From contig JACRHB010000177.1 of the NCBI GenBank assembly GCA_016217725.1, forward strand, positions 1-47,466: a stretch of DNA of 47,466 nucleotides, given 5' to 3'. This DNA comes from Nitrospirota bacterium (GTDB lineage Bacteria; Nitrospirota; Thermodesulfovibrionia; UBA6902). The notes under the pieces are model-generated. The model did not search any database and was not told the origin of the DNA. It saw only the letters and a program-made list of their open reading frames with translations. Shown here in pieces: positions 8,608 through 18,532 of this stretch (within the stretch, counting starts at the first letter, position 1; each line of letters starts with the position of its first letter). A program made the position numbers and the translations under genes.

Positions 8608-9765
8608 AATTACTGATTGACTGTTTTCGGAAATAATTTCAATTATCGTCAATTCCGGCGGGGAAAGGAAGCGCACGGGCGGCCCGGCGGTGCCCGCTCC
8701 CCGGCTGACGTATAATGCGGAGCCTTTCGGCAGATTTATAAAACCCGTATGATGCTGGAATATAAAAGGAGTAATAAGGTTAATGGGGAAAATCTGCCCC
8801 TTATGCGTATGCCCCGAAAGCTGAAGGTCTAAAAGCCCGAGGCTCTTATTGTTTACATTCGATCTATGCTTCAACAATACGGTAAAAACGTCCGGAGAAA
8901 GCCCGGATAAGATATCTTCTTCCGACTTATGTGTTAAATTCTTCGAACCCCCGTTGCCAAACTCCAGGAGGTCGTCCACGCCTGCGATATTGATAATCCC
9001 TCCCGGGGTGACCGCGCGCCCCCTGAGCAAGTCAAAGCCGGAGTCTTCGATAAATTTCACGGAGCGTTTCAGCCCTCCGTAGAATTCATGGTTGCCGATT
9101 ACGGCAAACTTGCCCAGTCTTGCGTGGAGCTTTTCCAACTTACCCGCGAGGCGGTCGACGTGATGGACCACTCCGTCCACGAGGTCGCCCGTGGAAACTA
9201 TCAAGTCCGGCTTTACATTTTCGATCTCTCTGATGATTTTATCCAGAGTTTTATCTCTTACGATTATGCCGAGATGAAGGTCGGCGATCTGCGCAATCGT
9301 TATTTTGTCCGGGCCTTCAGGAAGTTTTGAAGTCCTGACGGTCAATTTTTCTACACGCAGGCTTCTTGCCTCAAATAATCCATAAGCATTAATTGCCGCG
9401 GCAATGAAAAGAGGCATGAAAAACGTATATGCAGGAGATATCACCGTCGAGGTTAAATCTTTCCCGAGCCATAAGCCGCCGTGCTGCGCGATGAGATTGT
9501 ACGCTTCAACGACGAGGGCCAACGGAAAGAGGATTATGATGACCGAAACCCACATATAACCGATGTAGGCAAAAAGCCTTGCAGATCTTTCCGACCCTCT
9601 CAGGCTGTATAAATGTATCAACACCGGCGATAAAGCCATAAACAACAGCAGGAGTCCCAGGGGAATATCTACGGCGGCGCCGGCGCTTAATATATTCGAC
9701 AGCTTGAAAAACACGTACAGATTGGCCAAGCCGTAGGCCGTTGAAAAAAATAAAAATACGAGCAT
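8581..9765 (-). CDS. membrane-bound calcineurin-like metallophosphoesterase (YkuE-like)
   Basis: N-terminal TMs, DLH, GDLVD, GNHE, SGHTHKGQ, VSRGAG. Confidence 0.9.
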   Translation of the reverse strand: MLVFLFFSTAYGLANLYVFFKLSNILSAGAAVDIPLGLLLLFMALSPVLIHLYSLRGSERSARLFAYIGYMWVSVIIILFPLALVVEAYNLIAQHGGLWLGKDLTSTVISPAYTFFMPLFIAAAINAYGLFEARSLRVEKLTVRTSKLPEGPDKITIAQIADLHLGIIVRDKTLDKIIREIENVKPDLIVSTGDLVDGVVHHVDRLAGKLEKLHARLGKFAVIGNHEFYGGLKRSVKFIEDSGFDLLRGRAVTPGGIINIAGVDDLLEFGNGGSKNLTHKSEEDILSGLSPDVFTVLLKHRSNVNNKSLGLLDLQLSGHTHKGQIFPINLITPFIFQHHTGFINLPKGSALYVSRGAGTAGPPVRFLSPPELTIIEIISENSQSVIPSPLAGEG

Positions 9766-9873
9766 TCCTGTTATTATCCTTTTCCCGTGAAACTATTATA
9801 CCCGATGTAATGAGCAATGACGAATGAGCAATAAAAGTAACCCTTCAGTTACGGGTTAAGAGCTATTTGAGTT

Positions 9874-9942
9874 GTCATTCCTCCCGAAGCTTCGGGATCG
9901 GGAATCCTTCTTGCAAATCGATTCCGGACAAGCCGGAATGAC
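9874..9942. repeat. GTCATTCC...GGAATGAC element with nested cccgaagcttcggg hairpin
   Basis: Termini gtcattcc/ggaatgac; family of 4732-4798 and 28922-28948. Confidence 0.8.
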
Positions 9943-10114
9943 AAAAAAGAATCGCTCAATTTAGGTAGCAATAAAAATGCCAAGAAGGAGTAAAATTAAT
10001 TATTGTTTTTTATCAAAGAGATTGTGTGATAAGAAAGAGAACTTTTGAGTGTGCGCACATAAATCTTGACTGTCACAAAAGCGCCATGTGGTTCGATTTC
10101 ACTGCAGCGCGTTG

Positions 10115-10345
10115 TTATGTCCCGATTATTTCATTTAATCCTTCTTCAGCCATCGCTTTCTCATAAGCTGGATCCAATTTGGCACATTCTTTCGCTAACC
10201 GATTGCGCTCTAATCTTTCTATCTTCTCGTTAACTGCTGTCTGAATTGCTTGGCTACGATTTAAAAAGATGTTTTCATGGACAAGATGGTCCAAACGACT
10301 AATAGAATTTTGTTCAAGCGTTATTGCGATTTTTGCTTTACTCAT
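10115..10345 (-). CDS. CopG/ribbon-helix-helix antitoxin-like protein (no adjacent toxin)
   Basis: KAKIAITL..RLD.LV...NRSQAIQ.AV RHH pattern; GGAGGTG SD. Confidence 0.75.
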   Translation of the reverse strand: MSKAKIAITLEQNSISRLDHLVHENIFLNRSQAIQTAVNEKIERLERNRLAKECAKLDPAYEKAMAEEGLNEIIGT

Positions 10346-10357
10346 ATATTCACCTCC

Positions 10358-10400
10358 CGGTATTACTACTTATCATACCGAATACCGGAAATACGGTCAA
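10358..10400 (-). promoter_or_regulatory. sigma70 promoter with overlapping inverted-repeat operator for the RHH gene
   Basis: TTGACC-17-TATGAT; IR CGGTAT-N11-ATACCG at 10358-10380. Confidence 0.6.
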
Positions 10401-10473
10401 GGTGTTCTCGTTCGTCTGTTACGTAAAAAAAATATGCACGCAGGCGAAAGCAGGAAAGGGCAAAAAGAAGGAG

Positions 10474-10567
10474 AACACACCCCTTAATCCCCTCTTGATA
10501 GAGGGGAAATAACAGGGCGTATTGCGATACGCCCCTACGGTACGGGTGAACGGCCGTTCGCCCGTAC
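10474..10567. repeat. cluster of one C/G-run palindrome and two GTAG-type REP hairpins
   Basis: aacacaccccttaatcccctcttgatagaggggaaa; gggcgtattgcgatacgcccctac; gtacgggtgaacggccgttcgcccgtac. Confidence 0.8.
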
Positions 10568-10569
10568 AA

Positions 10570-11799
10570 TCATTCATACCTCAGCGCGTCTATCGGGTCC
10601 AGCAGGGACGCCTTGTAGGCGGGATAGAATCCGAAGAATATCCCGACAAGGCCTGAAAAGCCGAAGGCTAAAAGAATTGAGTACGGCTCGATGATCGTCG
10701 TCCATTCCATAAGGAGCGACAGGAGCTCCGATATGCCCACGCCGAAGGCGATCCCGGCCACGCCGCCGATCAATGACAGCGTCAGCGCCTCGATAATGAA
10801 CTGCGTCCTTATGTCCCGGGTCTTTGCTCCTACCGCCATGCGTATCCCTATCTCTCTGGTCCTTTCGGTAACCGACACGAGCATGATGTTCATGATCCCG
10901 ATGCCGCCGACAAGGAGGGAGACCGACGCTATGGCCCCGAGCAGCACCGCCATGACTTTTGAGGACTCCTCCGCAGCCTGCATCATCTGGGTGAGGTTCC
11001 TGACAGTGAAATCATCATCCTGCTTCGGGCCGATGTGATGCCTCTGTCTCATCAAATTTTTTATCTGCTCCTCCGCCAATGCGAGCTCATCCGTGCTTTT
11101 TGCCTGGACCATGATTATGCTTATCCTGCCCGGTATGGCAGAGCCGAAAAGTTTTTTCTGGGCGGTTGTCACAGGCACATAGATGGTGTCGTCCTGGTCC
11201 TGGCCTGTCAGGGATTGGCCCTTGCTTTCAAGGACGCCGAGGACCGTAAAAGGGATTTTCTTGATCCTGATGATCTGTCCCACCGGATCCAGCCCTCCGA
11301 AGAGATTGTCCACGACCGTCTGTCCTAACAGGCATACCTTTGTAGCGCTTTTTACATCCTGCTCTGTGAAAGCCCTGCCTGCCGACAGCGACCAGCCCCG
11401 TATGGTCAGCATGCCCGGCGTAGTCCCTGTCACGCCGGTGGCCCAGTTCTGATTGCCGTAAACAACCTGTGCGACGCCTCCGAGGATAGGGGCCGCGCTC
11501 GATACCGCGGTGCTTTCCTTTACAATGGCGTATGCATCATCCAGGACCAGGGTAGCCCGGGTCCCTGCGCCCATCCTGACCCCTCCTGCCGTGGTTGCGC
11601 CGGAAAGCACCATCAGGAGGTTGCTTCCTATGCTCGAGATCTGGGCCTCTATCTGCCTGCTCGCGCCTGTGCCGACCGCAAGCATCGCTATAACCGCGCC
11701 TACGCCTATGATGATGCCTAACATGGTGAGGGACGACCGCATCTTGTTCGCCCTAAGCGCCCTGAGGGAGATTTTAAATGTTGAAGGTAAATTGATCAT
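10570..11799 (-). CDS. MacB/FtsX-family ABC permease
   Basis: RSSLTMLGIIIGV, VGGIGIMNIMLVSVTERTREIGIR, ALRYE. Confidence 0.93.
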   Translation of the reverse strand: MINLPSTFKISLRALRANKMRSSLTMLGIIIGVGAVIAMLAVGTGASRQIEAQISSIGSNLLMVLSGATTAGGVRMGAGTRATLVLDDAYAIVKESTAVSSAAPILGGVAQVVYGNQNWATGVTGTTPGMLTIRGWSLSAGRAFTEQDVKSATKVCLLGQTVVDNLFGGLDPVGQIIRIKKIPFTVLGVLESKGQSLTGQDQDDTIYVPVTTAQKKLFGSAIPGRISIIMVQAKSTDELALAEEQIKNLMRQRHHIGPKQDDDFTVRNLTQMMQAAEESSKVMAVLLGAIASVSLLVGGIGIMNIMLVSVTERTREIGIRMAVGAKTRDIRTQFIIEALTLSLIGGVAGIAFGVGISELLSLLMEWTTIIEPYSILLAFGFSGLVGIFFGFYPAYKASLLDPIDALRYE

Positions 11800-11809
11800 C
11801 TTAGCTTCT

Positions 11810-11865
11810 ATCCACAGATTTCACAGATTCAAAAAAGATTAAAAAAATCTGTGTAATCTGCGGAT
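11810..11865. repeat. CACAGAT-family inverted repeat
   Basis: atccacagatttcacagatt ... aatctgtgtaatctgcggat. Confidence 0.8.
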
Positions 11866-11881
11866 GAGATCATTTATATTT

Positions 11882-12562
11882 TTACTTCTCATCGCTCACG
11901 ATCCTGCCGTCGAGGAATCTTATTATCCTCCTGCTGTATGCGGCGATGTCGGATTCGTGGGTTATGAGTATTATTGTGATATTCGATTCCTTGTTCAGCC
12001 TCACAAAAAGCTCCATTATCTCGGCGCTCGTCTTCGTATCAAGGTTGCCCGTAGGCTCGTCCGCAAGTATGATCGGGGCGTTGTTCACAAGCGCCCTTGC
12101 TATGGCGACCCTTTGCTGCTGGCCGCCTGAAAGCTGGTTCGGGTGATGCAGTTCTCTGCCTTCAAGCCCCACGCTCTTGAGCGCGGCCGCCGCCCGCCGC
12201 CGCCTCTCTTCAATCGGCAGTCCGTCATAGAGCATCGGGAGCTCGACGTTTTCGAGCGCAGACGTCCTGGAAAGGAGATTGAAGCCCTGAAAGACAAAGC
12301 CTATTTTTTTGTTCCTGATACCCGCGCGCTCGTCCCTTTTGAGATTGCCGACGCTGAGTCCTTCAAGAAGATATTCGCCGTCCGTCGGTTTGTCGAGACA
12401 GCCGAGGATATTCATAAAGGTCGATTTCCCTGAGCCTGACGGCCCCATGACGGCGACGAATTCTCCTTTTTCAATAGCGGAGGATACACCGCTCAACGCA
12501 TTCACATCAATGTCGCCGAGCCGGTAGATCTTTGTAATGTCTTTTGTCTCGATAAGCGGCAT
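11882..12562 (-). CDS. MacB/LolD-type ABC ATP-binding protein
   Basis: GPSGSGKST, LSGGQQQR, ILADEPTGNLD. Confidence 0.93.
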   Translation of the reverse strand: MPLIETKDITKIYRLGDIDVNALSGVSSAIEKGEFVAVMGPSGSGKSTFMNILGCLDKPTDGEYLLEGLSVGNLKRDERAGIRNKKIGFVFQGFNLLSRTSALENVELPMLYDGLPIEERRRRAAAALKSVGLEGRELHHPNQLSGGQQQRVAIARALVNNAPIILADEPTGNLDTKTSAEIMELFVRLNKESNITIILITHESDIAAYSRRIIRFLDGRIVSDEK

Positions 12563-12575
12563 GGTTTTTCCGTAG

Positions 12576-12690
12576 ACCGTGACCGGTTAACGTGTCCGTC
12601 CACCGTGTCCGTTTTTTGTCTTTCACGGTCACGATTCACGGACACGCCTTACGATTTTTCCACGGTCACGTTAACCGGTCACGGTTCACG
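12576..12690. repeat. CGTGWCCGGTTAACGTG-family inverted repeat
   Basis: 24-bp arms 12576-12599 and 12662-12685 match 23/24; related copies at 32251 and 42884. Confidence 0.85.
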
Positions 12691-12698
12691 ATTCTCCC

Positions 12699-13868
12699 TC
12701 AGAACATCCTCGGACCCGGGGGTCTGACGGCTTCTTTCGGTTTAATGAGGGACTCGACTAGCACTTCCTGTCCTTCCTTTATTTCGCCTGCAACAAGCTC
12801 CGTATAATTGCCGTCGCTGACGCCGGTGGAAACCGTTATCCGCTCAGGCTTCCCGTTCTTTATTACCCATACACCCTTGCCTTTTTGGCGCGCATTGCCT
12901 TTATCAAACGGGCTGAATCTCAAGGCCGCATTCGGTATTTTCAGGACGTCTTTTTTAACCGATAGGATAACCGAGACGTTTGCGGTCATGCCGGGTTTCA
13001 GCAGGGGTGAATTGCTGTTCGCCTTTACAGGATTGTCCACCCCGACCACCACGTCATACGTGACAACGTTCTGAACGGTGATAGGGGCATTCCTTACCTG
13101 TGACACCTTGCCCTTAAAAACCACATCCGGATAAGCGTCAACGGTAAATTCAACTTCCTGCCCGGTAATCACCTTGCCGATGTCCGCCTCATCGACGTTC
13201 GTGTCTATCTGCATCTTCGTCAGATCCTGCGCAATGGTAAAAAGCGTCGGCGTCTGGAAGCTTGCGGCAACCGTCTGCCCGACGTCCACGCTCCTTGAGA
13301 CGACGATCCCATCCACCGGGGAAAGTATTTTTGTGTATCTCAGATTAGTCTCCGCGACCTTTAAAGCCGCCTCAGCCTGTGCGACCTGCGCCTTTGACGC
13401 GCTTACCTGGGCGTTTGACGTTTCATAATTTGTAACCGAAGTATCCAGCTCGCTTCTCGCGATAAGATTTCTTGCAAACAGCTCACTGTTCCTCTCCATG
13501 GTCCGTCTTGCATCGACAAGCGCAGCCTCAGACCTCTCCAGGCTCGCCTTTGCCGACATTAAGTTGGCCCGCGCCTGCTCTACCTGCGCCTCGAAGGTCG
13601 CGGGGTCTATCATCGCTATCATCTGCCCTTTTTTAACGGGAGAATTGTAATCGACATAGATGTTCTTTATGGTGCCCGACACCTGCGTGCCCACAAGGAC
13701 CGTAGTCACCGGGTTCACCGTGCCCGAGGCGGTGACCGCTTCGACTAGGTCGCCTCCGGCGATTCTTTCGGTCCTGAATTTCGGATCTTCATTCTTATTT
13801 CTGAACATGAAAAATGCAGCGACGCCGATGCCCGCTGCGATTATGATCACTCCGAGTATCTTTTTCAT
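12699..13868 (-). CDS. MacA-like periplasmic adaptor
   Basis: GTQVSG, SPVDGIV, GQTVAASFQTPTLF, VDEADIG, LKPGMTA. Confidence 0.9.
   Translation of the reverse strand: MKKILGVIIIAAGIGVAAFFMFRNKNEDPKFRTERIAGGDLVEAVTASGTVNPVTTVLVGTQVSGTIKNIYVDYNSPVKKGQMIAMIDPATFEAQVEQARANLMSAKASLERSEAALVDARRTMERNSELFARNLIARSELDTSVTNYETSNAQVSASKAQVAQAEAALKVAETNLRYTKILSPVDGIVVSRSVDVGQTVAASFQTPTLFTIAQDLTKMQIDTNVDEADIGKVITGQEVEFTVDAYPDVVFKGKVSQVRNAPITVQNVVTYDVVVGVDNPVKANSNSPLLKPGMTANVSVILSVKKDVLKIPNAALRFSPFDKGNARQKGKGVWVIKNGKPERITVSTGVSDGNYTELVAGEIKEGQEVLVESLIKPKEAVRPPGPRMF
13002..13029. repeat. degenerate GTAG-type REP in frame within the macA-like gene
   Basis: Minus strand TGTAAAGGCGAACAGCAATTCACCCCTG, encoding VKANSNSPL between DNP and LKPGM. 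Confidence 0.55.
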
Positions 13869-15160
13869 CTTCTTTCTCCCATCGCCTTCTCAAGGCTTGC
13901 GTGTGCGGTTTTATAATCATAGAGCGCCTGTATGTAGGATGATTTTGCACTGCTCAAACTCACCTGCGCGTCAGTAACTTCAATAGGGTTTCCAACGCCT
14001 GCTTTGTATCTGCCGTTTGCAAGCTCAAGATTTTCCTCCGCCTGTTTTACAACGATCCCGGCGGCGGGGATCCTCTCCCCGGCCTCTTTGAGATTAAGAT
14101 ACGCCTGCTGCACTTCAAGAAATATATTCTGCCTCAGCGCTTCTTCATTCGCCCTCTGGACGTTGAGATTCGCCCTCGACTCTCCAACCTGGTGTTTCGT
14201 AAGGAAGCCGCTGAATATGGGAAACGATAACGTCACGCCCGCATTCCATCCCTCATCGAGAGGGAATTCTTCTCCTGAGCGGCTGTAAGACGCGCTGCCG
14301 GTCAGCGCGGGATAGTATCCTTTCTCTGCAAGCGTGACGGAGCTTTCAGCGGATTGTCTTTTGAAAATTATCGATTCGAGGTCGGGTCTGTTTTTATACG
14401 CCTTCATGATCGCCTCGTCAAATGTTATCACGTAGACCTGGAAAGAAAGGTTGTCTTCAATATCGAATTCGGGCGCCTCGGGAACGCCCATCGCATTATT
14501 AAGGGTCACAATTGCGATCCTCAGGGCGTTTTCAGCTCTGATAAGGTTAAGTCTCGAATTGCTCAGATCGACCTCCGCCTTTGTGACGTCGAACTTCGGT
14601 TTCGTGCCGACCTCATAAAATCCCTTTGCCTGTTCAAGATGCTGCTGAGACTGTTTTACCGCTTCCTCCGCAACGTCCCTGTCCCGGGTTGCCTTCAATA
14701 CCCCGTAATATGCCTGCTTGACGTTAAGGACTATCTGCTGGGATGCATTTTCAAGGTCGGCGCGTGATGAATCGAGGTTGAGATCCTGTACCCGCACCTG
14801 CGCCGCTGTTTTGCCGAAGTCATAGAGATTCTGTTTCAACGTGACGCTGCCTGTGTATTCATCAAAGGTATTGTCGATGTCTGTAGACAAGTCAGACGTT
14901 GAACGGCTTGATGAAGATATCCTGCTGTAACCCGACGTCAGGTCGATCTGGGGATAATAATTCGCTGCCGCCTCTCCGACCCTGCTCTGATTCACTTTCA
15001 CGGTATTGGCAAAGGATACGATGTTCGGATGCTTTGTTAATGCTATTTCGATACATCGTTCGAGATTGAGCGCCTCGCCCTTTTTGATAAGCTCCCCGGC
15101 CTCGGCGTTGAAGGTGATGAGGAGCAATAGAATTATTAATATGATCGATTTCATTTGCAT
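13865..15160 (-). CDS. TolC-family outer membrane efflux protein
   Basis: Signal peptide, YYPQIDL, duplicated OEP helices, RYKAGVG. Confidence 0.9.
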   Translation of the reverse strand: MQMKSIILIILLLLITFNAEAGELIKKGEALNLERCIEIALTKHPNIVSFANTVKVNQSRVGEAAANYYPQIDLTSGYSRISSSSRSTSDLSTDIDNTFDEYTGSVTLKQNLYDFGKTAAQVRVQDLNLDSSRADLENASQQIVLNVKQAYYGVLKATRDRDVAEEAVKQSQQHLEQAKGFYEVGTKPKFDVTKAEVDLSNSRLNLIRAENALRIAIVTLNNAMGVPEAPEFDIEDNLSFQVYVITFDEAIMKAYKNRPDLESIIFKRQSAESSVTLAEKGYYPALTGSASYSRSGEEFPLDEGWNAGVTLSFPIFSGFLTKHQVGESRANLNVQRANEEALRQNIFLEVQQAYLNLKEAGERIPAAGIVVKQAEENLELANGRYKAGVGNPIEVTDAQVSLSSAKSSYIQALYDYKTAHASLEKAMGERR

Positions 15161-15170
15161 TGTTGTTTAA

Positions 15171-15291
15171 TTCCCCTCTTTGGAAAGAGGGGCCGGGCTC
15201 CCGTTGCTGTGAAGCATTGCAACGGGAAGTGGAAATTTTATATTATGATTCAAAAATCCCCCCTCGCCCCCCTTTGCTAAAGGGGGGAAAT
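15171..15291. repeat. composite C/G-run palindromic element with nested hairpin
   Basis: 39 bp (15195-15233) identical to 43289-43327 inside rsmE; second unit aatccccctcgccccctttgctaaagggggga. Confidence 0.9.
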
Positions 15292-15302
15292 CACGCCCTA
15301 CA

Positions 15303-15329
15303 TAACTCTTAACTCTTAACTCTTAACTC
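15303..15329. repeat. TAACTCT heptamer tract overlapping the RND stop codon
   Basis: taactct repeated ~4x; encodes GVKS-stop on the minus strand. Confidence 0.75.
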
Positions 15330-18300
15330 CAACACCCTTCTCCATCTTTATAACAAACATCAGCAACGCCGGGATGACAAAGACGGTAAACACCGTTGAT
15401 AGCGCAAGCCCGCCGACTATGACGCTGCCGAGACCTCTGTAAAGCTCGGAGCCCGGTCCGGGGGCGATTACAAGAGGAAGCATGGCGAAGATGCTGGTGA
15501 AGGCAGCCATGTAAATCGGCCTCAGCCTGGACCTTGTCGCGTCAAGCACGGCTTCCCTGTGCTCCATTCCGTATTCACGGATGTTGTGAAGTGTCTGATG
15601 GACTATAAGTATTGCATTGTTGACGACCACCCCGATCAATATTACAAAGCCTAACATCGTGAGTATATCGAGAGGCTGCGGCGCTATGAAAACGTTGACA
15701 AGCTTCAGCCCGATAAAGCCGCCGGCTCCTGCAAGGGGCACGGTCAGCATTATTATGAAAGGGTAGACGAAATTTTCATAGAGCGCGGCCATGAGCAGGT
15801 AGGTAATGACCGCGGCAAGTATCAGGTTCCATTGGAGCGCCTTTCTCGACTCCGTGAGCTTGTCCGCCACGCCGCTCTGTCTTACGTTGACGCCCTGGAG
15901 CAGTCCCTGATCTTTCAGCATCGGGATGAATTTGTTGTCTATAAGCTCCATCGCCTCTTCTATCGGCATTGAAAAGGGCGGTGTGACCTGAAGCGTGATC
16001 GTGCGGTTCCTCTCAAGGTGTCTTATTTCGGTGATGCCGGTAGTCCTTTCAAGCGTTGATACTGAAGACACGGGGATGACCTTTCCGCCGGGGGTTGAGA
16101 TCATCGCATTGTATAATTCCTCAGGGGTCTTTATATCTTCTTCATTTGCCTTCACCACCATGTCTATCTTCTTTTGGCCTTCCTGTTTGAAGTCCCCGAT
16201 CTTTCTGCCGTCCATAAGCACGTCTACGGCAACGCCGAAATCATCCGCGCTCATGCCCGAGGCCCTGAGCCTGTCGCGCTCCGGCAGGAGCCTTACCTCA
16301 GGGAATAGCAGTTCAAGCGAAGGGACGGGTCTTATCTGCACGTCCCGGATCTCGTTTCTGATTATGCCGAACATCGTGCCGGCCACCCTGATGAGCCGGT
16401 TAATATCATTGCCGCTTATATCGACCTCGATAGTCCTGGCCCTGCCGAGTCTCGTCTGAAAAATACCGGCCTGGCTGCTTACGCCGAACATGCCGGGTAT
16501 GGAATTTATCTTCTGCATGAACAGCGGCACAAGCTCTCCCGCCCTCTGCTCATGTGTGCTTATCGCGCCTGACAGCATGATCTGCTCGGAGCCGACATAG
16601 AACATATTTTTTATCCCGGGAAGTCCGTTGCTCTCTTTCTTGAAATTAGGCTCGACGGATTTGAAAAATTGTTTCCCAATATCCATCTTTTCTTCATAGG
16701 ACAGACCGGGCGGCGGTATCAGAAGGTTTATTACGAGGTTCCTGTTTCCCTGAGGGAGGTACTCCATCTTGGGCAGCATGAGTATGGTAATAACAACCGA
16801 CAGGAACGTAAGAGACAAAACGGTGGTGAGCCGCATGAGTGTGTTCTTCATCGACAGGTTCACGATCCTCATCATCCACTCCACAAGCCGGTCTCCGATG
16901 CTGCCGAGAATGACGAATCTCTCTTTTCTCTGTTCTCCCGATATCCTGTAAAATCTCTCCGACAGCATCGGGATGACGGAGATGGATACATAGAGACTGA
17001 TCAGTGTGGCAAAGGTCATGGCAATGGCTATGTCCCTGAATAACTGCCCAGCCTCCTCCTTCACAAAGACAATCGGCAGGAAGACCGCAACGTTCGTCAG
17101 CGTTGAGGCCACTATCGCCCCCCATACCTCTTTTGCGCCGTGATATGAGGCGTCATAAGGCGACTTGCCCATCTTCCTGTGGCGGTCGATGTTCTCAAGC
17201 ACGACAATGGCATTGTCAACGAATATGCCGATTGCAAATGAAAGCCCGGCGAGACTCACGACGTTAAGGTTCCTCCCCATGGCCTGCATGAAAATGAACG
17301 TCCCGATGACGCTTATCGGTATTGCCGACGCAGTGATGATCGTTGATGAAAAATTCCTGAGGAATATCAGAAGCACCACAACCGCCAGCGCCCCGCCGAT
17401 GAGGATGTCTTTCTTTACAAGGTCGATTGCGCTCTGAATGTACGGCCTTTGGTCATACACCCAGTCTAAGTAGATGCCTTCAGGCTTCAATTTGTCTTCA
17501 TTGAGCCGCTTGACGGTCGCTTCGACCCTGTTGGTCAGGTCGAGGATGTTCGTTCCCGCTTCGGGCTTAACGCCTACGGCCATCCCGTCTTTGCCGTTGT
17601 GTATCATTGCGACCGTGCGCTTTTCATACCCGAATTGCACGTCCGCCAGATCGGAAAGCATAATGCGTCTCTGCCCCGTTGAGCGTACTACAATATTTTT
17701 TATCTCCTCCGGTGACCGTAATTCAGCGACGGTCCTTATCCTGTAATCCCTCCTGCCGACGCCCATAACTCCCGCAGAGACATTCACGTTCTCCGCCCTC
17801 AGCACATTGACTACGTCATTTATAGTGAGACCGTGAGCGGCCAACTTTTCAGGAGACACGATTATATGCATCTCCTTCTCGGTGCCGCCCCCTATAAAGA
17901 GGTCTGCCACGCCCTCGACCCTCTCAAGATGCTGGCGGACTTCATTTTCAAAAAACGTCTTATAGGAATAAACGTGATTTGGATTGCCTTCGGAGGTTCT
18001 TAGTATCATCCAAATTACGGGCGAAGTGGCCGCGCCTGTGGCGTTGATGACGGGCTTATCTACATTTTCAGGATATGAGCGGACTTCATTGAGCTTGTTC
18101 GACACCCTGAGGAGCGCATCGTCAACGTCCGTGCCGACCTTGAATCTGAGCGTGACCGTCCCAAGCCCGTTGAATGCGGAGCTTTCCATTTCGATAAGTC
18201 CGGGGATGCCCTTCAGGACTTTTTCCTGCTCCTCGATTACGTCGCGCTCTATTTCATATGGAGTCGCGCCACTCCAGACGGTCCTGACCTCGATCTCCGG

Positions 18301-18426
18301 CTCGGTTACGTCGGGGCTTAACTGATACGGCATCTTGTAAAGCCCGATTATCCCGAAAAGGACAATAAAGATAACCGCGACTATGACGGTTACCGGTTTT
18401 TTGATTGATGTTTGAACGATGTCCAT
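15316..18426 (-). CDS. RND efflux permease (AcrB/AcrD/AcrF family)
   Basis: VDNAIVVLENI, VNNAIL, RLRPI, APGPGSE; start at MDIVQ (18426); the upstream MPLCLC peptide is repeat-derived. Confidence 0.93.
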   Translation of the reverse strand: MDIVQTSIKKPVTVIVAVIFIVLFGIIGLYKMPYQLSPDVTEPEIEVRTVWSGATPYEIERDVIEEQEKVLKGIPGLIEMESSAFNGLGTVTLRFKVGTDVDDALLRVSNKLNEVRSYPENVDKPVINATGAATSPVIWMILRTSEGNPNHVYSYKTFFENEVRQHLERVEGVADLFIGGGTEKEMHIIVSPEKLAAHGLTINDVVNVLRAENVNVSAGVMGVGRRDYRIRTVAELRSPEEIKNIVVRSTGQRRIMLSDLADVQFGYEKRTVAMIHNGKDGMAVGVKPEAGTNILDLTNRVEATVKRLNEDKLKPEGIYLDWVYDQRPYIQSAIDLVKKDILIGGALAVVVLLIFLRNFSSTIITASAIPISVIGTFIFMQAMGRNLNVVSLAGLSFAIGIFVDNAIVVLENIDRHRKMGKSPYDASYHGAKEVWGAIVASTLTNVAVFLPIVFVKEEAGQLFRDIAIAMTFATLISLYVSISVIPMLSERFYRISGEQRKERFVILGSIGDRLVEWMMRIVNLSMKNTLMRLTTVLSLTFLSVVITILMLPKMEYLPQGNRNLVINLLIPPPGLSYEEKMDIGKQFFKSVEPNFKKESNGLPGIKNMFYVGSEQIMLSGAISTHEQRAGELVPLFMQKINSIPGMFGVSSQAGIFQTRLGRARTIEVDISGNDINRLIRVAGTMFGIIRNEIRDVQIRPVPSLELLFPEVRLLPERDRLRASGMSADDFGVAVDVLMDGRKIGDFKQEGQKKIDMVVKANEEDIKTPEELYNAMISTPGGKVIPVSSVSTLERTTGITEIRHLERNRTITLQVTPPFSMPIEEAMELIDNKFIPMLKDQGLLQGVNVRQSGVADKLTESRKALQWNLILAAVITYLLMAALYENFVYPFIIMLTVPLAGAGGFIGLKLVNVFIAPQPLDILTMLGFVILIGVVVNNAILIVHQTLHNIREYGMEHREAVLDATRSRLRPIYMAAFTSIFAMLPLVIAPGPGSELYRGLGSVIVGGLALSTVFTVFVIPALLMFVIKMEKGVGVKS

Positions 18427-18439
18427 TAAAAAAACGTGG

Positions 18440-18514
18440 GGCGCAAAGGCACAAAGGCACAGAGGCACAGAGTATAAATAACTTTGTGCCTTTGTGCCTC
18501 TGCCACTTTGTGCC
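18440..18514. repeat. GGCACAAA octamer inverted-repeat element
   Basis: ggcgcaaa-ggcacaaa-ggcacaga-ggcacaga ... tttgtgcc-tttgtgcc-tctgccac-tttgtgcc; same family at 41490-41646. Confidence 0.85.
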
Positions 18515-18532
18515 TTTTATTTATTTGTTTTG

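Noticed and set aside
10081-10112. GGTTCGATT as a tRNA T-arm or attachment site
   Set aside because: No cloverleaf, acceptor stem or CCA can be built
18427-18468. MPLCLCAF extension of the RND protein and similar PLCLC mini-ORFs (18254, 18405, 41615)
   Set aside because: Translations of the GGCACA octamer repeat
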